DNA of 64,000 nt. Origin: Geobacter sp. GTDB taxonomy: Bacteria > Desulfobacterota > Desulfuromonadia > Geobacterales > Geobacteraceae. Below, piece after piece: positions 24,941 to 36,052 of this stretch. The stretch is from the NCBI GenBank assembly GCA_016177775.1, contig JACOUQ010000017.1, positions 1 through 64,000 of the forward strand, in the 5' to 3' direction. Both the position numbers and the translations under genes were made by a program. Below the pieces are notes generated by a model that made no database searches, had not been told where the DNA came from, and saw only the letters and a program-made list of their open reading frames with translations. Each line of letters starts with the position of its first letter. Positions within the stretch are counted from its first letter, which is position 1.

Positions 24941-25876
24941 TCAGGCGCCGGTCTTCAGCGCTGCCGTCAGGAGTATCCGCTCAACCAGTTCCTCGAAGCC
25001 GATGCCGGCCTCCTTCTGTGCCAGCTCGGGCAAAAGGCTCAGCTCGGTCATCCCCGGCAGGGTATTGACCTCCAGCACATAACATTCGCCTGCCTCGGTC
25101 ACCAGAAGGTCGACACGGCTGTAACCGTTGCACCCCAGCGCCCTGTGGGCGGCAAGCCCGGTCTCCAGGGCGGTGCGATACAGCTCCTGCGGCAGGTCCA
25201 CCGGGCAGATATGCTCTGCCATGCCGGCGGTATACTTGGCCTCGAAATCGTAGAACTCCTTTTTCGGCACCACCTCGATGGCGCCAATGGCCTGATCCTG
25301 CAGGATTCCTATCTGGATCTCCCGCCCCTTGATGTACTGCTCCACGAGAATCTCGGCATCGTAGTGGAAGGCAAGCTCCAAGGCCTGGTCAAGCTCGGAA
25401 TCTTCCCGCACAATGCTCACGCCGACCGACGAACCCTCCTGGGAAGGCTTCACCACCAGGGGGAACCCGAAGCCAAGGGAAGCGACATCCAGCTTCTCGC
25501 TGCGTCGCAGCACCCTGTAGGGAGCTACTAGAATATCGTGGCCAGAGAAGACCAGTTTTGCAAAGACCTTGTGCATGGCAAGGGCGCTCGCCAGGACCCC
25601 GGACCCGGTATAGGGGATACCCGTCAGCTCCAGCAGTCCCTGGATCGTCCCGTCCTCTCCATAGCGGCCGTGCAGGCAGATGAATGCCACGTCGATCCAT
25701 TCCCTGGTCAGCACCTGGGCAATGTCCCGGTCCACATCGATGTCCACCGCGTCGTAGCCGAGCGCCAGAAGTGCCTTGTGCACCGCCGCGCCGCTCTTGA
25801 GTGACACCTCTCGCTCCGCGGACATGCCTCCCATCAGGACGCCGATTTTCTTGGTTTTGAGTTCTTCTTTTGTCAT
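24941..25876 (-). CDS. ddl: D-alanine--D-alanine ligase
   Basis: [29 protein letters not shown] matches the Ddl N-terminus. The 85-aa listed extension overlaps murB and is rejected. Confidence 0.9.
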   Translation of the reverse strand: MTKEELKTKKIGVLMGGMSAEREVSLKSGAAVHKALLALGYDAVDIDVDRDIAQVLTREWIDVAFICLHGRYGEDGTIQGLLELTGIPYTGSGVLASALAMHKVFAKLVFSGHDILVAPYRVLRRSEKLDVASLGFGFPLVVKPSQEGSSVGVSIVREDSELDQALELAFHYDAEILVEQYIKGREIQIGILQDQAIGAIEVVPKKEFYDFEAKYTAGMAEHICPVDLPQELYRTALETGLAAHRALGCNGYSRVDLLVTEAGECYVLEVNTLPGMTELSLLPELAQKEAGIGFEELVERILLTAALKTGA

Positions 25877-25891
25877 GACCATATTCCGTTT

Positions 25892-25918
25892 GTAGAGACG
25901 CATTGCATGCCTCTCTAC
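25892..25918. repeat. intergenic palindrome GTAGAGACGCATTGCATGCCTCTCTAC between murB and ddl
   Basis: Member of the GTAGAGACG...CGTCTCTAC family (see also 62016-62045 and 12328-12397). Confidence 0.55.
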
Positions 25919-25920
25919 CG

Positions 25921-26820
25921 TTATTCTTCGCCGACTATCCTTACTTCCTCTTCCAACTCGACCCCGCTCTGGGCCTTTACCTTTTCCCTGATCGTACGCG
26001 CCAGCTCCAGGAAATCGGCTGCCGTGGCCCCGCCGGTATTCACCAGGAAATTCGTGTGGACCTGGGAGACCTGGGCGCCCCCCACCTTTAAGCCGCGCAG
26101 TCCGGCGGCATCGATCAGCTGCCACGCATGCCCGCCGGGGGGATTCCTGAAGAAGGAGCCGGCATTCGGATATCCCACCCGCTGGGTATTGCGGCGGTGG
26201 GCCAGGAACCCTTCGATGCGGCTCTCCATCTCCGCCGGGTCACCCTGCTCCAGTTTGAAGGTAGCGGCAACAATGATCCCGCCTGGAGCCAGCCGCAGGT
26301 AACGGTAACCGAAATCAAGGGCCGCGGCCGGTCTCGTTTCAAGTCCCTTCTCACCCAACACATCCAGGGACTCCACCCTGTCGAGGATCTCCTCGCCATG
26401 CGCCCCGGCATTCATGCCGAGTGCTCCACCCAGTCTGCCGGGGATACCGATGAGGAACTCCAGTCCGGCCAGGCGCTCCTCGTGGGCAAATCGGACAAGC
26501 ACGCCATTATCCACCCCCGCCTCGGCCCGCATCCGGAACCCGTCGAGCCGGTCCAGACGGTTGAGCCGCTCCAGGGAGATCACGGCGCCGCGGATTCCGC
26601 CGTCACGCACCAGCAGGTTGAAGCCTCCGCCGACCACCATTCGCGGGGTTCCTGTCTCTGCGAGGACAGTCAGCAACTCCCGCAGGTCGTCCAGGTCCTC
26701 GGGGATGCAAAAGAGGTCGGCCGGCCCTCCCACCTTCAGCGACGTATGGAGGCTCATCGGCTCGTCAGGCAGCACCTTGCCGCGGAATTTTTGTTTTATC
26801 AGAGAGCCGATTTTGTCCAT
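25921..26820 (-). CDS. murB: UDP-N-acetylenolpyruvoylglucosamine reductase
   Basis: FAD-binding MurB motifs ([25 protein letters not shown]). Confidence 0.9.
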   Translation of the reverse strand: MDKIGSLIKQKFRGKVLPDEPMSLHTSLKVGGPADLFCIPEDLDDLRELLTVLAETGTPRMVVGGGFNLLVRDGGIRGAVISLERLNRLDRLDGFRMRAEAGVDNGVLVRFAHEERLAGLEFLIGIPGRLGGALGMNAGAHGEEILDRVESLDVLGEKGLETRPAAALDFGYRYLRLAPGGIIVAATFKLEQGDPAEMESRIEGFLAHRRNTQRVGYPNAGSFFRNPPGGHAWQLIDAAGLRGLKVGGAQVSQVHTNFLVNTGGATAADFLELARTIREKVKAQSGVELEEEVRIVGEE

Positions 26821-26945
26821 GAACCCCTTAAGCCTTGCCGATCATCCATTCGGCATGAGTAGGTTGGGCAAAGCGAAGCGTGCCCAACGATCCAGAAGCG
26901 ATGTTGGGCACGGCTAATCGCCTTTGCCCAACCTACAAAAGCCTG

Positions 26946-28322
26946 TCACCCATTCAGCAGCCGCAGCAACTCTTCCCCCGCCTGCCAGATATTCCCCGCC
27001 CCGAGCGTCAGGACGATGTCACCCGGCTTTACCACCTTCATCAGCTCCCCGGCAATCGTCGTGCGGTCGGCAATATAGCTCACATCCTTCTGCCCGTGTT
27101 TCTTGATCCTTGCCGCCAGCCGCTCGCCGGTTGCCCCCTCGATCGGCGGTTCTCCGGCTGCGTAAACCTCGGTCAGGACCAGGACGTCCGCGTCGTAGAA
27201 GGCCTTGACGAAATCGTCGAACAGCTCGTGGGTACGGGTGTAGCGATGGGGCTGGAAAACCACCACCAGCCGGTTCTCCGGGAAGCCGTTCTTGGCCGCC
27301 GCCAGGGTGGCGCGGATCTCGGTCGGGTGATGGCCGTAATCATCTACCACCATGATCCCGTCCTTTTCCCCTTTGACCTGAAACCTCCGCCCAACCCCGC
27401 CGAACTGGCGGAACCCCTCCTGGATGACCTCGAACGGCACGTCCAGCTCCATGGCCACAGCAATGGTCGCCAGGGCATTCAGCACATTGTGGGCCCCCGG
27501 CATGCTGAACGATATCTCCCCCAGCCGCTCCCCCCGGTAGTGGGCCACGAAAGACGTGGTGAGGCCGGAGAGCCGGACATCGCTCGCCCGGAAATCGGCC
27601 TGGGTCGAAAGCCCGTAGGTGACGAAGCGCTTCATCACCCGCGGGATGATGTCGGCCACGTTGTCGCTGTCCAGGCAGAGCACTGCAAGGCCGTAGAAAG
27701 GCACCTTGTTGATGAAATCCACGAAGGCGGTCTTGATCTGGTCGAGGCCTCCGGTGTAATAATCGAGGTGGTCCTCGTCGATGTTGGTGACCACTGCGAC
27801 GGTGGGGGAGAGCTTGAGGAAAGAGCCGTCCGACTCGTCCGCCTCGGCCACCAGGAATTTCCCCTGCCCCAGCTTGGCGTTGGAGCCCAGAGTGTTGAGC
27901 TTCCCGCCGATGACGATGGTCGGGTCTATCCCCCCTTGGGTCAGAATGGTAGCCACCATGGAGGTTGTCGTGGTCTTGCCGTGGGTGCCGGCGATGGCGA
28001 CCCCGTACTTCATCCGCATCAGCTCCGCCAACATCTCGGCGCGGGGGATCACCGGAATGAGGCGCTCATGGGCCTCCACCACCTCGGGGTTGTCGTCATG
28101 CACCGCGCTGGAGATCACCACCACATCCGCATCCCCGACGTTCTCGCGGGCATGTCCGAAGCGGATCTCCCCGCCAAGCGAGGTCAGGCGCTCGGTTATC
28201 TCCGACTGCCGCAGGTCCGAGCCGGAAACCTTGTACCCAAGATTCAGCAGCACCTCGGCAATGCCGCTCATCCCGATGCCGCCGATCCCTACGAAATGTA
28301 TTTTCTCTATTTTGCCGTACAT
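26946..28322 (-). CDS. murC: UDP-N-acetylmuramate--L-alanine ligase
   Basis: [29 protein letters not shown] matches the MurC N-terminus. Start at the ATG (MYGKIEK) with AGGA RBS. The listed start is a TTG inside the heptamer repeat. Confidence 0.9.
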   Translation of the reverse strand: MYGKIEKIHFVGIGGIGMSGIAEVLLNLGYKVSGSDLRQSEITERLTSLGGEIRFGHARENVGDADVVVISSAVHDDNPEVVEAHERLIPVIPRAEMLAELMRMKYGVAIAGTHGKTTTTSMVATILTQGGIDPTIVIGGKLNTLGSNAKLGQGKFLVAEADESDGSFLKLSPTVAVVTNIDEDHLDYYTGGLDQIKTAFVDFINKVPFYGLAVLCLDSDNVADIIPRVMKRFVTYGLSTQADFRASDVRLSGLTTSFVAHYRGERLGEISFSMPGAHNVLNALATIAVAMELDVPFEVIQEGFRQFGGVGRRFQVKGEKDGIMVVDDYGHHPTEIRATLAAAKNGFPENRLVVVFQPHRYTRTHELFDDFVKAFYDADVLVLTEVYAAGEPPIEGATGERLAARIKKHGQKDVSYIADRTTIAGELMKVVKPGDIVLTLGAGNIWQAGEELLRLLNG

Positions 28323-28334
28323 AAAATTCCTTTT

Positions 28335-28400
28335 GGCAATGGGCAATGGGCAAAAGGCAATAGGGGATAATATTTTTTGCCTTTTGCCTTTTGCCTATTG
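28335..28400. repeat. tandem heptamer hairpin (4x GGCAAWR followed by 4x inverted YWTTGCC) between murG and murC
   Basis: GGCAATGGGCAATGGGCAAAAGGCAATAGGGGataatattTTTTGCCTTTTGCCTTTTGCCTATTGCC. The right arm overlaps the murG stop codon. Confidence 0.65.
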
Positions 28401-29480
28401 CCTGCTTCTTATCATCTCATCAACTATAACCTTCGCGGCATCCAGCCTTGCCAGGCTCCGCGCCGCCTCGCCAATCGATTCAAGACGCCGGTGATCGCGC
28501 ATCAGGTCCTTTACCATCCCTGCCAGCCGCTCACCGGAGAGCTCGCGGTCCATCAGCATGAGTCCCGCACCCTTGCCCAGAAGGGCCTCGGCATTCCGAC
28601 GCTGGTGGTCGTCGGCCGCATAGGGGTATGGTATGAAGATACAGGGTTTGCCGCAGGCGGTGACCTCGGAGATGGTAGTGGCGCCTGCCCGGCAGATCAC
28701 CAGGTCGGCCCAGCGGTAGGCTACCGCCATGTCGTCTATGAAGGCCTTCGCCTCAGCATTGTAGCCGGCCGCGGCGTATGCAGCGCGCACTTCATTCAGA
28801 TCGTTCTCGCCTGTCTGGTGCAGCACCCGCAGCTGCTCTTTCGCCTCTGCCAGATGCGGCAACGCGGCGATGAGCGCCTGGTTGATGCTGTGCGCCCCGG
28901 CACTTCCGCCGAAGACCAGGAGGTGGAAAGCCCCGGCTTCCCGGCTGGCCGCGCCCCCGCCAGCAACGCTCGCCACGATCTCCTTACGCAGGGGGTTGCC
29001 GGTCATTACCGTTCTCTCTTCCGGAAAAAACTTCTTAATGTCCTCCAGGGAGATGAAAATCCGCTCCGCAACCTTCGACAGCCACCGGTTGGTGAGCCCC
29101 GGTATGGCGTTCTGCTCATGGATGAAGCGCGGGATCTGCAATCCCCTCGCTGCCAGCACCACAGGCCCAGATGCGAACCCACCCACCCCAAGCACCAGGT
29201 CCGGCCGAAAGTCCTTGAGAATTTTCCGGGCCTGGGAGTAGGCATAGAGCATCATCCCGATGCCCTTGATCTTTCCCCAGGGCCCCATCCCCTTGAGCCC
29301 CTTGGCGGACACCAGTTCCAGGCGGAAGCCGAGTTTCGGCAGAAGCCGCGACTCGATTCCCTTTTCGGTGCCGACGAACAGCACCTCGTTGGCCGGGTCA
29401 CGGGCAAGGAATTCCTCGGCCACTGCAATGCCGGGGAAGAGGTGCCCGCCGGTGCCGCCGCCTGCGATTAGAAGCCTCAT
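28395..29480 (-). CDS. murG: undecaprenyldiphospho-muramoylpentapeptide beta-N-acetylglucosaminyltransferase
   Basis: [24 protein letters not shown] matches the MurG N-terminus. ATGA overlap with the ftsW stop. The listed 44-aa extension is rejected. Confidence 0.9.
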   Translation of the reverse strand: MRLLIAGGGTGGHLFPGIAVAEEFLARDPANEVLFVGTEKGIESRLLPKLGFRLELVSAKGLKGMGPWGKIKGIGMMLYAYSQARKILKDFRPDLVLGVGGFASGPVVLAARGLQIPRFIHEQNAIPGLTNRWLSKVAERIFISLEDIKKFFPEERTVMTGNPLRKEIVASVAGGGAASREAGAFHLLVFGGSAGAHSINQALIAALPHLAEAKEQLRVLHQTGENDLNEVRAAYAAAGYNAEAKAFIDDMAVAYRWADLVICRAGATTISEVTACGKPCIFIPYPYAADDHQRRNAEALLGKGAGLMLMDRELSGERLAGMVKDLMRDHRRLESIGEAARSLARLDAAKVIVDEMIRSRQ

Positions 29481-30580
29481 GGCGTGCTCCTCGTGGACGC
29501 GGAAATGTTGAGCAGGATGCCTACCGCGAACATGGTCATGATAAGGGAGCTCCCCCCGTAGCTGATGAACGGCAGCGCCAGCCCCTTGGTGGGGAAAAGC
29601 CCTGTCACCACGCACATATTGACGAACGCCTCGATCCCGAGCAGCGTGACTATGCCGAAGGCAAGGGAGCGGCCAAAAAAGTCCGGGGCATAGACGGCAA
29701 TGCGGATGCCGCGCAGGACCAGCAGAAAGAACATCGCGGCTATCACCATGACCCCGAGAAAACCGAGTTCCTCGCCGACAACGGAAAAGATGAAGTCAGT
29801 GTGGGCCTCGGGGAGATAGAAAAGCTTCTGCCTCCCCTCCCCCAGCCCCTGGCCGATGAGTCCTCCGGTCCCCACGGCGATCCAGGACTGGATGATCTGG
29901 AAACCGGTGTTGGTCGGGTCCTCCCATGGATTGAGAAACGCCATGATCCGGCGGCGCCGGTAATCCACGTGCATTATGGCATAGTAGGCAAACGGCAGCG
30001 CCAACAGGAACATCGAGATGATGTAGCTGAGCCTCGTGCCGGCGGCGAAAAGCATGACCACCGCAACCCCCCCCATTGTCAGGGCCGAACCGAGGTCCGG
30101 CTGCTTCAGCAGTAGCCCCAGTAGCACCATCAGGACCAGCATGTAGGGGAGAAATCCGGTGGAGAAGAATTTCACCTTGTCCTGTTTCTTGTCCAGGGAA
30201 TAGGCCATGTACATGATGAGCGCCAGCTTGGCCAGCTCGGATGGCTGCACACGGATACCTGGGAGCCTGATCCAGCGCGAAGCTCCGCCGGCACTCCCGC
30301 CGATGCCGGGAATCAGCACCAGGGCAAGAAGAAACAGACATCCTAGAAGGATGGGCACTGCTGCCCGCTTCCAGAAATGGTAGTCGATGTTCATGGCCAA
30401 GGCCATGATGCCGAAGCCCACAACCGCGAATACCCCCTGGCGCTTCAGGAAATAGAAGCCGTCGTGAAACTTCTTCGCGGCCATGATGGATGACGCGGAA
30501 TAGACCATGACCACACCGAAGCAGGTGAGCGCCACCGCCATCATCAGTACCACCATGTCGTAGGCCTCGAGACGCCTCAC
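29477..30580 (-). CDS. ftsW: peptidoglycan glycosyltransferase FtsW (SEDS family)
   Basis: Ten TM helices. FtsW/RodA motifs. Position in the dcw cluster. Confidence 0.9.
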   Translation of the reverse strand: MRRLEAYDMVVLMMAVALTCFGVVMVYSASSIMAAKKFHDGFYFLKRQGVFAVVGFGIMALAMNIDYHFWKRAAVPILLGCLFLLALVLIPGIGGSAGGASRWIRLPGIRVQPSELAKLALIMYMAYSLDKKQDKVKFFSTGFLPYMLVLMVLLGLLLKQPDLGSALTMGGVAVVMLFAAGTRLSYIISMFLLALPFAYYAIMHVDYRRRRIMAFLNPWEDPTNTGFQIIQSWIAVGTGGLIGQGLGEGRQKLFYLPEAHTDFIFSVVGEELGFLGVMVIAAMFFLLVLRGIRIAVYAPDFFGRSLAFGIVTLLGIEAFVNMCVVTGLFPTKGLALPFISYGGSSLIMTMFAVGILLNISASTRSTP

Positions 30581-31935
30581 CGGCTCTCCTCCCCGGGAAG
30601 GGCGCGGACCAGGGACTTGTACCGCTCGGCCCGCTCCTCGTAATCGCGGAACATGTCGAAGCTGGAACAGGCGGGCGAAAAGAGGACCACACCCCCCGGT
30701 TCGGTCAGGTCATGGGCCAGTAAAACCGCCTCCTCCAGGCTCCCGGCCAGATGGGTATCAGTCAGTGCCCCCAGCTCTTCGTTGATCCGTTCTTTTGCCT
30801 CGCCGATCAGGACCATGTGGCTGACCCGCTCCCGCACCAGCGGCGCGAGCGGCCCGTAGGAGCCACCCTTGTCCTTCCCGCCGGCAATGAGGGTGATGTT
30901 GATGAAGCTCGCCAGGGCCTTCTCCACACTCCCGACGTTGGTTGCCTTGCTGTCCTCGTACCAGCCGACATTGTTCAGGGTCCGGACAAGCTCCATCCGG
31001 TGAGGGAGCCCGGCGAACCCTGCCACCACGGCCAGGGCCCGCTCCGCGTCGCACCCCATGAGGAGCGTTGCGGCCAGGGCAGCCATGATGTTCTCGATGT
31101 TGTGGACGCCCTTCAGGCGGAAGTTCGCCGTGGGGAAGCACTCTTCCCGCCCGTTGTGGCGGAATGTAATCAGGCCGTCGCGATGGAATATCCCCTCTGC
31201 GAGCTCCTTTTTCTGGCTCATGGGGAAAACCGCAGCCGCCACCCTGTCCGCGAAGGCCCACACCAGAGGGTCGTCCGCGTTCAGGACCGCAAAATCGGAA
31301 GGTTGCTGGTTCTCGAATATCCGCCCCTTGGCGTCGATGTACTCCTGCATCCCGGCATAGCGGTCCAGGTGGTCCTCGGTAATGTTCAGGAGCACCGCCA
31401 CCTTCGGCCGGAACCGCTCGATCCCCTCCAGCTGGAACGAGCTGATCTCCGCCACCACCCGCTCGACCCGCTCGCCGCTCTCCACCAGGTCGATGAGGGG
31501 ATCGCCGATGTTCCCTCCCACAAAGGTGTAATATCCGGCCCCCTTGAAGATCTCCCCGATCAGGGTGGTCGTGGTGGTCTTGCCGTTGGTGCCAGTGATG
31601 GCCACCAGCGGGGCTTCGATGAAATTCGCGGCCAGCTCGATCTCGCTGATGATCCGGCGCCCCTGGGCACGGGCCATGGCCAGATGCTTCATGTCCATCG
31701 GCACGCCCGGGCTCACCACGATCAGGTCGGCCATGAGGAAATTGTGGGGATCGTGGCGGCCGAGCACATAGTTGACCGTCAGGCCTTCCAGCTTCCGGAT
31801 GGAGTCAACGAGCGCCTCCTCGTCCTTCATGTCCGTAACGGTGACCATGGCGCCGCGTTCTGCGAGAAAACGCGCCACCGGCACCCCAGTTCGGGCCAGA
31901 CCGACAACCAGTATGTTCTTGCCTTCCAGTTCCAT
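30577..31935 (-). CDS. murD: UDP-N-acetylmuramoylalanine--D-glutamate ligase
   Basis: [18 protein letters not shown] matches the MurD N-terminus. Mur ligase P-loop GTNGKTTTT. Confidence 0.9.
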   Translation of the reverse strand: MELEGKNILVVGLARTGVPVARFLAERGAMVTVTDMKDEEALVDSIRKLEGLTVNYVLGRHDPHNFLMADLIVVSPGVPMDMKHLAMARAQGRRIISEIELAANFIEAPLVAITGTNGKTTTTTLIGEIFKGAGYYTFVGGNIGDPLIDLVESGERVERVVAEISSFQLEGIERFRPKVAVLLNITEDHLDRYAGMQEYIDAKGRIFENQQPSDFAVLNADDPLVWAFADRVAAAVFPMSQKKELAEGIFHRDGLITFRHNGREECFPTANFRLKGVHNIENIMAALAATLLMGCDAERALAVVAGFAGLPHRMELVRTLNNVGWYEDSKATNVGSVEKALASFINITLIAGGKDKGGSYGPLAPLVRERVSHMVLIGEAKERINEELGALTDTHLAGSLEEAVLLAHDLTEPGGVVLFSPACSSFDMFRDYEERAERYKSLVRALPGEESR

Positions 31936-32005
31936 TATTCTCCTGCGCTACTTTGATCCGACTGATCGGACCGATCCGACCGATAGTCGGGTCAGGAAGC
32001 ACGTG

Positions 32006-33082
32006 TTATCTCATCTTCAAGGTCGATATAGCCACCAGCGCCATGATGATGGTGATGATCCAGAAACGGACGATGATCTTCGGCTCCGCCACCCCTTTAA
32101 GCTCGAAATGGTGGTGGATCGGGGCCATGCGGAAGATCCTCTTCCCGCGATACTTGTACGATCCCACCTGGAATATGACCGAAAGCGCCTCCACAACGAA
32201 CACGCCGCCAACTATCACGAGCAGGATCTCCTGTTTGGTTATCACCGCCAGCATCCCGAGCCCGCCCCCCAGGGAAAGGGAGCCCACATCCCCCATGAAG
32301 ACCTCGGCCGGATAAGAGTTGTACCAGAGGAAGCCGAGTCCCGCGCCGACCATGGCGCCGCAGAGGATGGTCAGCTCCCCCGCTCCCTGCACCGGCGGAA
32401 TCTGGAGATAGTTCGCCAGCCTGGCATGGCCGGCGATATAGGCGAAGAGGAGATAGGTACCGGCGTTTATGGTCACCGGCCCGATTGCCAGCCCGTCCAG
32501 ACCATCGGTCAGGTTGACCGCGTTGCTCGCTCCAACGACCACCAGGGTGGCAAAGAGGATGTAGAAAATCCCCAGGTCCGGGTGAAGCCACTTGAAGAAC
32601 GGAAAGTAGATCTCGGTGCTGAATCCCGGCACGGTATAGAGAAAGACCCCGGCCGCAATGGCCAGGAGAAGTTGCCAGAACATCTTCTGGCGCGGGGAGA
32701 GCCCCTTGGGGTTCTTTTCCACCACCTTCTTGTAGTCGTCCACAAACCCCACCAGCCCGTAGCCGGCGATGATGAAGAGGGTAGCCCAGATATACGGGTT
32801 GCTCAGATCGGCCCAGAGAAGGGTCGGCACGATGATGGAGATTAGGATCAGCACCCCTCCCATAGTGGGGGTCCCCATCTTTTTCAGGTGCGACTCGGGC
32901 CCGTCGGTGCGGATCACCTGCTTCGCCTGGAGCGACTCCAGCTTCCGGATGATCCAGGGGCCGCAGATAAAAGCGATCACCAGTGCAGTGATGGTCGCGT
33001 AGATGGTCCGGAACGTCAGGTACCGGAAAATATTGAAGAAATGAACGCTGGAAGCCAGCGGATAGAGAAGATGGTACAGCAT
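32006..33082 (-). CDS. mraY: phospho-N-acetylmuramoyl-pentapeptide transferase
   Basis: MraY motifs (Kxx[19 protein letters not shown]). Confidence 0.95.
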   Translation of the reverse strand: MLYHLLYPLASSVHFFNIFRYLTFRTIYATITALVIAFICGPWIIRKLESLQAKQVIRTDGPESHLKKMGTPTMGGVLILISIIVPTLLWADLSNPYIWATLFIIAGYGLVGFVDDYKKVVEKNPKGLSPRQKMFWQLLLAIAAGVFLYTVPGFSTEIYFPFFKWLHPDLGIFYILFATLVVVGASNAVNLTDGLDGLAIGPVTINAGTYLLFAYIAGHARLANYLQIPPVQGAGELTILCGAMVGAGLGFLWYNSYPAEVFMGDVGSLSLGGGLGMLAVITKQEILLVIVGGVFVVEALSVIFQVGSYKYRGKRIFRMAPIHHHFELKGVAEPKIIVRFWIITIIMALVAISTLKMR

Positions 33083-34473
33083 CAGTTACTCCCGACTTTC
33101 GAATAACGCTCCCGGAGGGCAATGGCAACCGTTTCCATCCGCATCCCCCGGGACCCCTTCACCAGCACACAATCACCGGGGAGGCGTGATTTTTCCAGGT
33201 CCTCCACGATCTCCCGGTGGCTTGATGCGACCAGAATCTGACCTCTCGGAAGCCCGGCAACCTTCGCTCCCGCAGCCACGTCGGCGGCCATATCCCCGAA
33301 GAGATAGAGACGTTCCACGCACTCAGCGGCCAGCCGCCCCAGCTCGCGGTGCGCCGCAGCCGAGCCGGGGCCCAGCTCCAGCATGTCCCCCAGCACCGCA
33401 ATGCCGCGGCACTCCTCCTTGAGGGTACGGAGCGTCGTCAATGCGGCCCGCATCGACGCGGGGTTGGCGTTGTAGCTGTCGTCGATCAGGACAAGGTCGT
33501 CCAGTTCCTCGACTTGAAACCGCTTATCGTAAGGGCGGAAGGATTCCAGCCCCGCGCGGACGGCATCGATGCCTGCTCCAACGGCGCGGGCAGCAGCAGA
33601 GGCGGCCAGCGCGTTGTAGATGTTGTGCTCGCCGAAGGCGTGCAGAGTGATTTCAGTCTCCTCGCCGCCGGTACGGAGCACGAAGCGCTGCCCCCTACGG
33701 CCGTCCTGGCGTATCTCGTGCGCAGTCACGTCGGCGCCGTGCAGGCCGAATGATATCCTCTGGACCCCCTCTGGCGAGGGGAGGCGGGAGATCAAGGGAT
33801 CATCGGCATTGTATACCGCAAAGCCGCCGGCAGGGAGGCGCTGGAACAGCTCCCCCTTGGCGCGCGCCACTCCCTCCACACTTCCCATGGTCTCCAGGTG
33901 GGCCGGAAAGGCATTGGTGACAATCCCAATGCCCGGCGCGGCAATCTCGGCCAGTCGGTCGATTTCGCCGAACTCGCTCATACCCATCTCCAGCACGGCC
34001 CACTTATGTTCACTGCTGAGTCTGAAGAGCATCTGAGGCATACCGATCAGGTTGTTCAGGTTGCCACTCGTTTTGAGCCCCGCCCCCTGCTGCTCCAGGA
34101 TAGAGGCCAGCATCTCCTTGGTGGTGGTCTTTCCGTTGCTGCCGGTAATCCCGATAACCGGGATGTCGAAGCGCCGGCGGTGCCAGGCAGCAAGGTCGCC
34201 AAGGGCGCGCAGGGTGTCGGGGACCGCGATGTAAGAACCGTCAAGCTTGTCATGCTTCGCCAGCCAGTCGGCGGCAACAATGAATGCTCTGACGCCCGAA
34301 GCCAATGTCTGCTGGATGTAGTCGTGGCCGTTGAACCGCTCACCGCGCAAGGCCACTAACAGTTCGCCAGCCTCGATGCTGCGCGAGTCGGTAGAGACAC
34401 CAGTGACAGTAAGGCCAGCATCGCCCCTCAGCACTCCCCCCGTTGCCTCGACTATATCCCTGACACTGAACAT
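33082..34473 (-). CDS. murF: UDP-N-acetylmuramoyl-tripeptide--D-alanyl-D-alanine ligase
   Basis: Mur ligase P-loop [13 protein letters not shown]. Dcw order. Confidence 0.9.
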   Translation of the reverse strand: MFSVRDIVEATGGVLRGDAGLTVTGVSTDSRSIEAGELLVALRGERFNGHDYIQQTLASGVRAFIVAADWLAKHDKLDGSYIAVPDTLRALGDLAAWHRRRFDIPVIGITGSNGKTTTKEMLASILEQQGAGLKTSGNLNNLIGMPQMLFRLSSEHKWAVLEMGMSEFGEIDRLAEIAAPGIGIVTNAFPAHLETMGSVEGVARAKGELFQRLPAGGFAVYNADDPLISRLPSPEGVQRISFGLHGADVTAHEIRQDGRRGQRFVLRTGGEETEITLHAFGEHNIYNALAASAAARAVGAGIDAVRAGLESFRPYDKRFQVEELDDLVLIDDSYNANPASMRAALTTLRTLKEECRGIAVLGDMLELGPGSAAAHRELGRLAAECVERLYLFGDMAADVAAGAKVAGLPRGQILVASSHREIVEDLEKSRLPGDCVLVKGSRGMRMETVAIALRERYSKVGSN

Positions 34474-34500
34474 CCGAAACCCTTTATGTGTTCAACTATA

Positions 34501-34527
34501 GCCTTCAGCCTTCAGCCTACAACCTGC
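34501..34527. repeat. 27-nt CCTTCAG-heptamer element, copy A (GCCTTCAGCCTTCAGCCTACAACCTGC) at the murF|murE junction
   Basis: Near-identical to copy B at 56634-56657. Overlaps the last codons and stop of murE. Confidence 0.55.
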
Positions 34528-36043
34528 TCTTGAGCCGAAACGCCTCCACAGCCTCTTCCCGGTCGTCGAAGTGGAGCTTTTCCTTGCCGATGATCTGGTA
34601 ATCCTCATGACCCTTGCCGGCCAGAAGCACGATGTCTCCCGGTTCGGCCAGGCTTACGGCCAGGCGGATAGCCTCCCGCCTGTCGGGAACGACAACGAAC
34701 CCTTTGTCCGCAAAGCTCTGAGGCAATTCGGCGGCGCCATATTCCCTGAGCTCCAACCGGATTATCCCCTGCCGGACCTGATCGATGATCGCCAGGGGAT
34801 CTTCGGTGCGGGGATTGTCCGAGGTTATGATGCTCAGGTCGCTGTAACGGCCGGCCACCTCTCCCATGACCGGGCGCTTGCCGGGGTCGCGATCTCCTCC
34901 GCACCCAAAAACCGTGATCATCCGGCGGTCCGCCAGCTCCGACACGGTCCGAAGGACGTTCTCCAGGGCATCGCCGGTGTGGGCGTAGTCCACAAGCAGG
35001 GTGATACCGTGATCGTTCTCCACCCGCTCCAGACGTCCCGGCACCTTGCGGTGATCGGCCAGGCCGGCGACAATGGCTTCAGGGGGGAGATTCAGCCCCA
35101 CCCCCACCGCCGCCGCGGTCAGGAGGTTGTATAGATTGAACCGGCCGAGAAGCTGCGATGAAAAAGGCTTTTCCCATCCAGGCGCGACCAGCGTGCCGGT
35201 GATGCCTTTGCGGGAAATCTTGAGATCCCTCACCGTCACCTGCGCGCCGCTCCCCAACCCGAAAGAAATGACTCCACAGGCTGACTCCGTGATCAGCCGC
35301 GCGCCGTAGGGGTCATCAATATTGATAACCGCGCAACGTTTAGGCTTAACGGCGTCGGGCGCCAAGAGCTCGCTGAATAGCCGCGCCTTGCTGGCGAAGT
35401 AACTCTCCATGTCCACGTGATAATCGAGATGGTCACGGGTCAGGTTGGTAAATGCGCCAACGTCGAACAGGCAGCCGTCCACGCGGTGCTGCTCCAGGGC
35501 ATGGGAGGAGACCTCCATCACCACGCTCTTTGCCCCCATGTCGACGAACTCGCGCAAGGTCTTTTGCAGCTCCACCGACTCCGGGGTCGTATGTGGCGCC
35601 GGCACGGTCCGCTCGCCGAAGCGGTAGCTGACAGTGCCGAGCACAGCCGCCGAAAGACCGGCCTTGGCGAGTATCCCCTCGACAAGATAGGTCGTGGTGG
35701 TCTTGCCGTTGGTCCCGGTAATCCCGACCACAGGCAGGGTGCGAGTCGGCCAGCCGTAGAAGGTGGCGGCCATCAGCGCCATTGCCTTGCGCGCGTCTGC
35801 CACCTTGACAAAGGAAGCCCCGGCGGGGACAGCAGATTCGTCCTCCACCACGAAGGCAACGGCCCCGGCGCCACGGGCCGCAGCAATGAAGCGATGACCG
35901 TCAACAGCCACCCCTCTTAAAGCGAAAAAGAGACCCCCGGCTTGCACTGTACGGGAATCGTAGTGCAACCCCAGAATCTCCTGTTCGCAGTCACCGCTTA
36001 CCTTCAGCGGCTCAAGCGGGGCTATCAGCTCTTTCAGTCTCAT
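34517..36043 (-). CDS. murE: UDP-N-acetylmuramoyl-L-alanyl-D-glutamate--2,6-diaminopimelate ligase
   Basis: [15 protein letters not shown]-loop. MurE-specific DNPR motif (TSDNPRTEDP). Confidence 0.9.
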   Translation of the reverse strand: MRLKELIAPLEPLKVSGDCEQEILGLHYDSRTVQAGGLFFALRGVAVDGHRFIAAARGAGAVAFVVEDESAVPAGASFVKVADARKAMALMAATFYGWPTRTLPVVGITGTNGKTTTTYLVEGILAKAGLSAAVLGTVSYRFGERTVPAPHTTPESVELQKTLREFVDMGAKSVVMEVSSHALEQHRVDGCLFDVGAFTNLTRDHLDYHVDMESYFASKARLFSELLAPDAVKPKRCAVINIDDPYGARLITESACGVISFGLGSGAQVTVRDLKISRKGITGTLVAPGWEKPFSSQLLGRFNLYNLLTAAAVGVGLNLPPEAIVAGLADHRKVPGRLERVENDHGITLLVDYAHTGDALENVLRTVSELADRRMITVFGCGGDRDPGKRPVMGEVAGRYSDLSIITSDNPRTEDPLAIIDQVRQGIIRLELREYGAAELPQSFADKGFVVVPDRREAIRLAVSLAEPGDIVLLAGKGHEDYQIIGKEKLHFDDREEAVEAFRLKSRL

Positions 36044-36052
36044 ACCACTCTC

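Noticed and set aside
24941-26125. Long N-terminal extensions in the ORF track for ddl (394 aa), murG, hisH, hisC, rpsU, Nif3, rsmH, ftsZ and rpoD.
   Set aside because: Extensions overlap upstream genes and lack RBSs. Conserved N-termini with RBSs were found at internal start codons, so the coordinates were trimmed accordingly.
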